From contig OY780959.1 of assembly GCA_963675915.1 (NCBI GenBank), positions 2,580,001 through 2,612,000 on the forward strand: 32,000 bases of DNA, given 5' to 3'. Source of the DNA: Coprobacillaceae bacterium (GTDB taxonomy: Bacteria > Bacillota_I > Bacilli_A > Erysipelotrichales > Coprobacillaceae). Of this stretch, positions 23,683 through 30,493 are shown piece after piece. Every line of letters starts with the position of its first letter. Within the stretch, counting starts at the first letter, position 1. Below the pieces are notes generated by a model. That model was not told the DNA's origin. It did not search any database and saw only the letters and a list, made by a program, of their open reading frames with translations. Made by a program: the position numbers and the translations under genes.

Positions 23683-24963
23683 ATGGATAATATGTTTGAA
23701 AGAGCAGCCAAGGTGATTCCACCAGCGGCTGGAAGAGCGACAAAATTGGGAGTTGTTGCTTCACAGGGAAATTACATTATTGATGAAAAAGGGCAAAAAT
23801 ATTTGGATTTCGCCAGCGGGGTGGCGGTAAACAATTTGGGTAATCGTCATCCTCGGGTTGTTGAAGCAATCAAAAAGCAGCTGGATACGATGATTCATGT
23901 CGGTCACAATGTTGTCTACTATGAATCGTACGTCAAACTGGCAGAAAAATTGGTTGAAATGACCGATAGGGATACGATGGTTTATTTTAGCAATTCGGGA
24001 GCCGAAGCCAATGAAGGAGCCCTGAAGCTGGCAAAATTCCATACCAAAAGACCGGGGATAATTTCTTTTAAGAACTCATTCCATGGCCGGACAATTGCCG
24101 CTACCTCGGTTACTGGCTCGAATTCCAAATACCGGCGCTACTATGAACCGCTTCTACCAAGTGTATATTGGGCTGATTATGCCAACTGTTATCGATGTCC
24201 TTTTGGAAAAAAGTCCGGTGCATGCCAGATGGAATGTCTGGGACAGTTTGATGAAATATTCGATAAATTGATTGATCCTGAGATGGTGGCAGCGATTCTG
24301 ATTGAACCGATTCAAGGTGAAGGGGGCTATGTGGTGCCACCAAAAGAGTTCTTGGCGGGACTGCGAAAAATATGTGATCAACATGGGATTATGCTGATTT
24401 TCGATGAAGTTCAAACCGGGATTGGGAGAACGGGTGAACTATATGCCTATCAGACTTTCAATGTCAAGCCGGACATCCTGACTTCGGCCAAAGCCCTTAG
24501 CGGAGGAATTCCGCTATCGGCAATCATCGCCAAAAAGGAAATAATGGAGAACTGGCCGGCTGGTGCCCATGGGGGAACCTTTGGTGGTAATCCGTTGGCC
24601 TGTGCTGCCGGGCTGGAAACTTTGGCGGTTATCGAAGAGGAAAATTTGCTTGATAACTGCAAGGAGAAGGGGAAATATTTCCTGGAAGCACTAAACATCC
24701 TGGCCGGTGAATTCCCGTCTTCCATTGGGGATGTCCGGGGAGCCGGACTGATGATTGCCATCGAAATGGTGAATGAAGATGGCAGCCCTAATCAGGAATT
24801 GACTGATCGGATTATCAATTATGCCTTCGCTAAGGGAATCGTGCTGCTAAGCTGCGGGGTTGACCATAATGTAATCAGATTCATCAGTTCGCTGCTAGTT
24901 GAAGAAAACGAAATCGATCAGGTGATCGATGTAATCAGAGCGGCCTTGAAAGCGACTCAATAG
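23683..24963 (+). CDS. Class III PLP aminotransferase, GabT-like (omega-amino acid:2-oxoglutarate type)
   Basis: I prefer ATG 23683 (MDNMFERAAKVIPP...), 1 nt after the ADH stop, with a GAAGGGGA SD. The track start 23539 would overlap the ADH gene. Motifs EPIQGEGG, FDEVQTGIGRTG, TSAKAL (PLP Lys), GGTFGGNP, IGDVRGAGLMIAIE and VLLSCG..NVIRF are close to E. coli GabT as I remember it. Confidence 0.9.
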   Translation: MDNMFERAAKVIPPAAGRATKLGVVASQGNYIIDEKGQKYLDFASGVAVNNLGNRHPRVVEAIKKQLDTMIHVGHNVVYYESYVKLAEKLVEMTDRDTMVYFSNSGAEANEGALKLAKFHTKRPGIISFKNSFHGRTIAATSVTGSNSKYRRYYEPLLPSVYWADYANCYRCPFGKKSGACQMECLGQFDEIFDKLIDPEMVAAILIEPIQGEGGYVVPPKEFLAGLRKICDQHGIMLIFDEVQTGIGRTGELYAYQTFNVKPDILTSAKALSGGIPLSAIIAKKEIMENWPAGAHGGTFGGNPLACAAGLETLAVIEEENLLDNCKEKGKYFLEALNILAGEFPSSIGDVRGAGLMIAIEMVNEDGSPNQELTDRIINYAFAKGIVLLSCGVDHNVIRFISSLLVEENEIDQVIDVIRAALKATQ

Positions 24964-24977
24964 GATCATGACTCAGA

Positions 24978-25004
24978 AGCACCGGTGCCAAAAAAACCAG
25001 TGCT
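24978..25004 (+). terminator. Weak hairpin after the aminotransferase gene
   Basis: AGCACCGG (24978-24985) pairs with CCAGTGCT (24997-25004) with one mismatch. No immediate T-run follows, so termination efficiency is doubtful. Confidence 0.3.
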
Positions 25005-25016
25005 CCTGATATTTTA

Positions 25017-25045
25017 TTCATAATTGCTTGGTTATGTGTTACAAT
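25017..25045 (+). promoter_or_regulatory. Candidate extended -10 promoter
   Basis: TTCATA (25017-25022), 17-nt spacer, TGtTACAAT with the hexamer at 25040-25045. Confidence 0.5.
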
Positions 25046-25099
25046 ATAAGTGTAAAGACGGATGAAGTGGCAGATAATATTTTTTCATGACAATGGCCC

Positions 25100-25129
25100 C
25101 CATAATAAGGCTGTTGATTATGGTTTTTT
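25100..25129 (+). terminator. Terminator-like hairpin inside the leader, between the promoter and the membrane-protein gene (attenuator or end of a small RNA)
   Basis: CCATAAT (25100-25106) pairs with ATTATGG (25117-25123), followed by TTTTTT (25124-25129). It lies about 55 nt after the -10 and 34 nt before ATG 25163. Confidence 0.45.
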
Positions 25130-25162
25130 AAGCAGATATTTTATAAAGCAAAGGTGAATAAA

Positions 25163-25618
25163 ATGAAATTCAAACCATGGCAAAACAACGCCATATCAGC
25201 TGCAGTAATCATTGTCGGAGGGTTTATCCTCTTCTTGTTTGCTTTCGTTCTTGCATCAGGTGTGTTCCAACTGACGATGCAGAAGATGGGAGTTCCTTCC
25301 AACGAGGCTCCGCCAGTTTTAAGCAGGATTATTTATCTTGCCATTGTTTACGTAATGTCCGGTCTGGTATTTGGATCAAAGTTCAACGACACAATCAAGG
25401 CCACTGCCTTTACTATGCCGTTGATGGTGACTTTGATGCTGATGGGAATATCCCTGTATTTGCAGCCAACTTGGATCATCATTGGGTTAGGTGCAGTCAT
25501 CGTCCTGATTCCACTGCTGTTTTTCTTTAAGAAGAAGATGCCGTGGCAATATTATTTTTCTACTTTCTTTGTAGTGGCAGTGCTTCTTTACATGATAATA
25601 TTCGATGTGGAAATCTAA
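25163..25618 (+). CDS. Small integral membrane protein (about 4-5 TM), unknown function
   Basis: I prefer ATG 25163 (MKFKPWQNN...), with AAGGTGA 5 nt upstream. Hydrophobic segments fill the entire 151 aa. I recognised no family. Confidence 0.6.
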   Translation: MKFKPWQNNAISAAVIIVGGFILFLFAFVLASGVFQLTMQKMGVPSNEAPPVLSRIIYLAIVYVMSGLVFGSKFNDTIKATAFTMPLMVTLMLMGISLYLQPTWIIIGLGAVIVLIPLLFFFKKKMPWQYYFSTFFVVAVLLYMIIFDVEI

Positions 25619-25658
25619 TTAGTGAATATTTTGTTAAAATTGAACCAGGCAAAAAATT

Positions 25659-25684
25659 GCATTGTTTAGAACAATGCTTTTTTT
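25659..25684 (+). terminator. Intrinsic terminator after the membrane-protein gene
   Basis: GCATTGTT (25659-25666), loop TAG, AACAATGC (25670-25677), TTTTTTT (25678-25684). An A-run lies upstream. Confidence 0.75.
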
Positions 25685-25802
25685 GATAAAATTTTAATCG
25701 GCTGCAAATAATAATTTTCATTGTCTGGTGTTTTTAGGTTTTAGCGCAAGGTGTTTGGTATAGTAATATCAGAGAATTCAAATTGAAGAAGAGGTGGCTA
25801 AT

Positions 25803-26693
25803 ATGAACAAATATATCGATTTGCATATGCATTCAATTTATAGTGACGACGGTGAATTCACTCCGGCAAAACTGGTTGAAAAATGCGCTGAGTCCGGAGT
25901 CAAAATTATGGCAATAGCGGACCATAATAGTGTCAAAGGGATTGCCGAAGGACTTGAGACTGCTCAAAAAAAGGGGATCAAATACATTCCCGCAGTTGAA
26001 ATTGACTGTACGTACAAAGATATCAATCTCCATGTTGTCGGATACGGGATTGATTATCAAGATCCGATCTTTGAACAAATTGAGAATAATGTCTTAGAGC
26101 AGGAGCTAAGCAGTTCCAAAGAGAAAATCAAATTGACCAAAAAATTGGGTTTTGAGATCGACGAAAAACGACTTGGAGAACTTTCAGACAATGGAGTTTA
26201 TACCGGGGAAATGTTTGCTGAATTATTGCTCAACGACACTCGTTATCTTGACCATCCCATGTTGAAGCCTTACCGAGATGGCGGAGATCGAGGTGATAAC
26301 CCGTATGTCAATTTTTATTGGGATTACTATGCCCAGGGGAAACCATGCTATACCAAAATTGAATATCCAACCTTAGAAGAAGTGGTGAAAATAATTCATG
26401 ATCATGGGGGAGTGGCCGTGCTGGCTCATCCGGGGAACAACCTCAAAGGACAATTTGAAATATTCACGGAGATGGTGGCGGTGGGTCTTGATGGCGTGGA
26501 AGCCTTCAGCAGTTATCATAGTCCTCAGACCAGTGATTATTTTTATCAGACCGGTTCAAAACTGGGGCTTTTGATTACCTGTGGCAGCGATTATCACGGT
26601 AAGACCAAGCCGTCGATAGAACTGGGTGGTTGCGGGGGTTCCATCGATCAGCATCAAATTGAAGAAAAACTCCAGGAAATGAAGCTGATTTAA
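25803..26693 (+). CDS. PHP-domain metal-dependent phosphoesterase (TrpH/YciV-like)
   Basis: I prefer ATG 25803, with a GAGGTGG SD. Motifs are DLHMHSIYSDDG, AIADHNS, LAHPG and CGSDYHG. Confidence 0.85.
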   Translation: MNKYIDLHMHSIYSDDGEFTPAKLVEKCAESGVKIMAIADHNSVKGIAEGLETAQKKGIKYIPAVEIDCTYKDINLHVVGYGIDYQDPIFEQIENNVLEQELSSSKEKIKLTKKLGFEIDEKRLGELSDNGVYTGEMFAELLLNDTRYLDHPMLKPYRDGGDRGDNPYVNFYWDYYAQGKPCYTKIEYPTLEEVVKIIHDHGGVAVLAHPGNNLKGQFEIFTEMVAVGLDGVEAFSSYHSPQTSDYFYQTGSKLGLLITCGSDYHGKTKPSIELGGCGGSIDQHQIEEKLQEMKLI

Positions 26694-26716
26694 CTCCTGG
26701 AATAAATACAATTCAT

Positions 26717-26747
26717 GACCTCTGTTTTTTCAAGCAGGGGTCGTTTT
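26717..26747 (+). terminator. Intrinsic terminator after the PHP gene
   Basis: GACCTCTG (26717-26724) pairs with CAGGGGTC (26735-26742) with one G-U pair, followed by GTTTTC. Confidence 0.6.
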
Positions 26748-26774
26748 CATCCGCCAAAGACAGCGGGGTACAGT

Positions 26775-26802
26775 TTGAATATGCCTAATAATATGATACA
26801 AT
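26775..26802 (+). promoter_or_regulatory. Candidate sigma-A promoter of the DUF2254/patatin pair
   Basis: TTGAAT (26775-26780), 16-nt spacer, TGaTACAAT with the hexamer at 26797-26802. This leaves a leader of about 130 nt before ATG 26938. Confidence 0.55.
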
Positions 26803-26937
26803 ATTAGTAGATGATGTGGCTTAAAATGGTTCTTTGAGAATTTCAGGTCCGAGCATCATGCAGCAGAGTAGGAGTAAACTAATATCTTTAATTTAATTGA
26901 TTGTTTTTGCAAACCAACCAGAAAAGCAGGGATTGTT

Positions 26938-28269
26938 ATGTTTAATATGAAAATCATCAGCAAAGTCAAAAAAAGCATCTGGCTCTATCCGACCATGTAT
27001 AGTCTCTTGGCCTTGATTCTCGCAATCGTCATTACCGTGGTGGATCGGTCATACACCAACCGCCTAGGGGAATTTCTGGGCAGTTTCTTCTACACCAAGA
27101 CCACCTTGGCCCAAAGTGTCCTGGGAATTGTGGCGGGAGCCTTTATCACAATTGCGATATTCACTTTTTCAACTACGATGGTGGTTTTGACGATGTATTC
27201 TTCTCAGTTCACCCCAAGAGTCGTTGAAAATTTCCTCAATAACGATACAACTATGAAATCCTTCGGGATTTTCTTGAGTGGTTTCATCTATTCGATCATC
27301 TCGCTGCTGTTCATCAATACTAGTGCGGATGACCATTTGGTTATCGCGGCAAGTGTCGGCGTGATTTATGTTATTTTAGGATTGGTGTACTTCCTGCGAT
27401 TTATCCATAATGTTTCGACCTATATTCAGGCTAACGGACTGATTCTAAGACTTCACAATGAAGCATTGGGAAAAATCAAGCAGCATCGCCGTTTTGTCAA
27501 GGACCATCAGGTAATTCAGGAAAATACGATTGAGGGGATAACCAAGGATATGCAAATCCTGGATATTCTTAGTCCCGGTGATGGCTATATTCAGGAAATC
27601 GACTATACCCACTTGAAGGAAATAGCGCAAAAGCACCAGTGTGTCGTAATTTTTAAAAAGGTTGTCGGCCAGTTTGTCGATGTCCAGACCAATGTCGTTA
27701 CGGTATACTACCAGGGCAAGGAACCGCCCGATGAAAAGATAGTCGGCCGGATTCAAGGTTGCCTTACTATCGGAAACAAGAAGACCGAGGCCCAGGATTT
27801 CATTTTCACCATCCAGAAGATTGTTGAAATTGCTTTGCGGGCGCTGTCTCCGGGAATCAACGATCCCAATACTGCGATTCACTGTATCAAGATAACCGGG
27901 ATATTGCTGCGGGATATAGCCGATCTCGAACATGGCTATGTCCTGGTCAAAGACAAGGATGTGGCCGGGATGATAATTCTTGAGGCTTATGATTACAAAT
28001 ACATTCTCCATGATGCCTATAATCAGATTATCCTCTATGGGCAACAGGATTCAGCGGTAACTCAGGCAATTTTCAAAGCGCTGAGTTTTGCCAAAGGCAA
28101 TGCCACCCAGGAAAATGAGAAAATCATCAACGGTTATGCGGTGGCAATCTATGAAAAAATCAAAAATAACGATTATGACAAGCTGGAAGATACCCGGATT
28201 CATCAGGAATACAAGGAGACTATCGACTATACCCGGTTTGACAAAAGTACGAAGGAAAAGGACGAATAA
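26938..28269 (+). CDS. DUF2254 family membrane protein (N-terminal 4-TM region plus a roughly 270-aa soluble domain)
   Basis: 443 aa. TM segments include LYPTMYSLLALILAIVITVV, VLGIVAGAFITIAIFTFSTTMVVL, FGIFLSGFIYSIISLLFI and LVIAASVGVIYVILGLVYFL. YSSQFTPRVVENF matches the SxQFSPR motif I associate with DUF2254. The SD (AGGGA) is weak. Confidence 0.75.
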   Translation: MFNMKIISKVKKSIWLYPTMYSLLALILAIVITVVDRSYTNRLGEFLGSFFYTKTTLAQSVLGIVAGAFITIAIFTFSTTMVVLTMYSSQFTPRVVENFLNNDTTMKSFGIFLSGFIYSIISLLFINTSADDHLVIAASVGVIYVILGLVYFLRFIHNVSTYIQANGLILRLHNEALGKIKQHRRFVKDHQVIQENTIEGITKDMQILDILSPGDGYIQEIDYTHLKEIAQKHQCVVIFKKVVGQFVDVQTNVVTVYYQGKEPPDEKIVGRIQGCLTIGNKKTEAQDFIFTIQKIVEIALRALSPGINDPNTAIHCIKITGILLRDIADLEHGYVLVKDKDVAGMIILEAYDYKYILHDAYNQIILYGQQDSAVTQAIFKALSFAKGNATQENEKIINGYAVAIYEKIKNNDYDKLEDTRIHQEYKETIDYTRFDKSTKEKDE

Positions 28270-29060
28270 TGAGTAGCAAGAAAATCGGGCTGGTGCTTGG
28301 AGGTGGCGGAACCCGCGGGTTTGCCCATCTGGGAGCGATTAAAGCTCTAAATGAAAAAGGAATCAAACCCAATGTGTTTTCCGGTACCAGTGCCGGAGCA
28401 ATTGTCGCAGCTTTGTTGGCGGCTGATAAGAGTCCGGAGGAAATAATGGAGTTTTTGAAAGATATCCGCCTGATGGATGCGGCCAAGATAACCATTCCGG
28501 TGGTCGGATTTGCTTCGTTGGAAAATCTCTATCACAAACTTGACACGATTCTTGAAGGCAAGAATTTTGAAGACTTGAAATATCCATTGCATGTCTGTGT
28601 CTCAAATTTGAATACCGGCCGGGTCGAATACCTTGATTCCGGCAATGTGGCCAAAGCTGTCCAGGCCTCGGCCTCAATTCCGATACTGTTCACTCCGGTG
28701 AAAATCAACGACTTCCAATATGTTGATGGCGGCTTGCTTGATAATGTGCCGGTTCTGCCGTTGGTCGATGATTGTGATATGCTCATCGCAATTGACATTT
28801 CACCAGTAAAACCAGACAATAAGATTACCGGTATGCCCGAAGTTATCACCCAGATTTTGCAGATGACCGTCGGGATGCAACAGGACAAGGAGGAATTCTG
28901 CGATGTGCTCATCAGACTAGATAAGCTGACCGAGTACAATATCCTGGATACAAGCAACAACGAAAAAATTTATGAGATTGGATATGATCATGTTAAAAAC
29001 ATGACCATCAATCATCAGGAAGAATCCAAATTCGACCTAAAATCACTATTTCGCTTATGA
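28269..29060 (+). CDS. Patatin-like phospholipase
   Basis: 263 aa. It has the oxyanion motif GGGGTRG, the nucleophile motif GTSAG and the catalytic Asp in VDGGLLDN. The start overlaps the upstream stop (TAATG at 28267-28271). SD GAAGGAAAAGGA. Confidence 0.9.
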   Translation: MSSKKIGLVLGGGGTRGFAHLGAIKALNEKGIKPNVFSGTSAGAIVAALLAADKSPEEIMEFLKDIRLMDAAKITIPVVGFASLENLYHKLDTILEGKNFEDLKYPLHVCVSNLNTGRVEYLDSGNVAKAVQASASIPILFTPVKINDFQYVDGGLLDNVPVLPLVDDCDMLIAIDISPVKPDNKITGMPEVITQILQMTVGMQQDKEEFCDVLIRLDKLTEYNILDTSNNEKIYEIGYDHVKNMTINHQEESKFDLKSLFRL

Positions 29061-29070
29061 ATAATTCAAA

Positions 29071-29107
29071 TGCGCCATCACCAGTTATTGGGAAATGACG
29101 CATTTTT
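29071..29107 (+). terminator. Possible terminator after the patatin gene
   Basis: TGCGcCAT (29071-29078) pairs with ATGaCGCA (29095-29102) with one internal mismatch and a 16-nt loop. TTTTT follows at 29103-29107. Confidence 0.4.
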
Positions 29108-29232
29108 CGATTATTGAGTGGCTGCGAATCAGACTTACCAGGCAATTCTGGAACAATAGTTCAATTCATATTGATTGTATAAGATAACAAAAAATGGCAT
29201 AATTAGAGCGACAAATACAAGGGGGAGCATTT

Positions 29233-29976
29233 ATGAAGATTTTGGCAAGCGATTATGATGGAACGCTGTACTTTGGGGACAAAGGATACCGTGAGGAAGA
29301 TATCGATGCAATTGAAAAGTTCCGTGCCAACGGAAATCTGTTTGGGGTATGTACCGGTAGACCACTTCGGGGGATAACCGAATTCATGCATGAAAGAATC
29401 AAATTGGATTTCTATATCCTAAACAGCGGAACACTCATTCTCGATCGCAACCGGGAGTGCCTTTTTAAAAAGACGATTGACCATCAGGTCTGCAAATATA
29501 TCATGGGTGAATATTCAATGCACGATATAACTATCTTTACCAATGATCATATCTACTTTACCGAGGAAAAAGAGGCTCATGATTTTGACTTCTTTGTTCC
29601 AATCAAGGAAATAGTGCTTGAGGAAAATGTGGAGGTGTTCGGGGCGTCGCTTCATCTGGAAAACACTGAAGCTGCTTCCCAGTTGATTGATGCAATCAAT
29701 CAGATTGAAGGGATATCGGCATATCAGAACAAAGAAAGCATCGATTGTGTTGCTCAGGGGTGTTCGAAGGATACTGGGGCAAAGTTTATTCGGAATTATT
29801 TTGGTATCAGCGATGATGTTGCCTGTATCGGTGACTCATTCAATGATTTGCCAATGCTGGAAGGAACGTCTCTAAGTTTCACTTTCAATGACAGTCCGGA
29901 TCAAATCAAGGACAAATCCAACTATGTGGTGGATTCAATCAATGAATGCATCAGTATTTTGATGGAAAACAAATAA
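29233..29976 (+). CDS. HAD-superfamily hydrolase, Cof-type (HAD-IIB) phosphatase
   Basis: 247 aa. Motif I is SDYDGTL and motif IV is GDSFNDLPM. SD AAGGGGGAG. Confidence 0.85.
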   Translation: MKILASDYDGTLYFGDKGYREEDIDAIEKFRANGNLFGVCTGRPLRGITEFMHERIKLDFYILNSGTLILDRNRECLFKKTIDHQVCKYIMGEYSMHDITIFTNDHIYFTEEKEAHDFDFFVPIKEIVLEENVEVFGASLHLENTEAASQLIDAINQIEGISAYQNKESIDCVAQGCSKDTGAKFIRNYFGISDDVACIGDSFNDLPMLEGTSLSFTFNDSPDQIKDKSNYVVDSINECISILMENK

Positions 29977-29989
29977 TCGGAGGGAAATT

Positions 29990-30472
29990 ATGAATAAAGA
30001 GGAATTTAAATTCAGATACGCAACCAGGGATGATGTTGCGCTGATCCTGGATTTTATCACCAAATTGGCTATTTACGAAGAGATGCTTGATGAAGTAGTG
30101 GCAACAGAGGAACTATTGGAGATGTGGCTTTTTGACAAGGAAAAAGCGGAAGTCATATTTGCCCTCAAAGACGACAAGGAAATCGGAATCGCTTTGTTTT
30201 TCCATAACTTTTCAACATTTTTGGGCCGTGCGGGAATCTATCTTGAAGATTTGTTCGTTCTTGAAGAGTACCGTCATCAGGGGTGTGGTAAAGCGATTAT
30301 CCGCCAACTGGCATCAATTGCGGTTGAACGCGGCTGTGGGCGATTGGAATGGTCGTGTCTTGACTGGAACAAGCCAAGCATCGATTTTTATCTTTCACTG
30401 AATGCGCAGCCAATGGAAGATTGGACCGTCTATCGATTGACGGGTGATAATCTTAAAAACATGGCAAAGTAA
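29990..30472 (+). CDS. GNAT acetyltransferase, spermidine/spermine (diamine) N-acetyltransferase-like
   Basis: 160 aa. IYLEDLFVLEEYRHQGCGKAI and DWNKPSIDFY parallel the SSAT motifs LYLEDFFV..YRGxGIG and WNEPSINFY, as I remember them. Confidence 0.85.
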   Translation: MNKEEFKFRYATRDDVALILDFITKLAIYEEMLDEVVATEELLEMWLFDKEKAEVIFALKDDKEIGIALFFHNFSTFLGRAGIYLEDLFVLEEYRHQGCGKAIIRQLASIAVERGCGRLEWSCLDWNKPSIDFYLSLNAQPMEDWTVYRLTGDNLKNMAK

Positions 30473-30493
30473 GATTACTTAGGAGGAACTCAT

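Noticed and set aside
25177-25530. 117-aa alternative-frame ORF inside the membrane-protein gene
   Set aside because: It lies on the same strand in a different frame, and its Arg/Cys-rich composition is typical of an off-frame read of a hydrophobic gene. It has no SD.
27445-28044. 199-aa antisense ORF inside the DUF2254 gene
   Set aside because: It is long for a chance ORF, but it has no SD and no recognisable motif. The plus-strand frame encodes a full-length protein with the TM architecture and motif of a known family. It would only be worth revisiting if strand-specific Ribo-seq data exist.
25163-29060. Calling the membrane protein / PHP / DUF2254 / patatin stretch a defence island
   Set aside because: Each unit has its own promoter and terminator. 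I recognised no nuclease, ATPase, methyltransferase, cyclase, TIR or other hallmark defence domain. Only the coupled DUF2254-patatin pair is retained, as a hypothesis.
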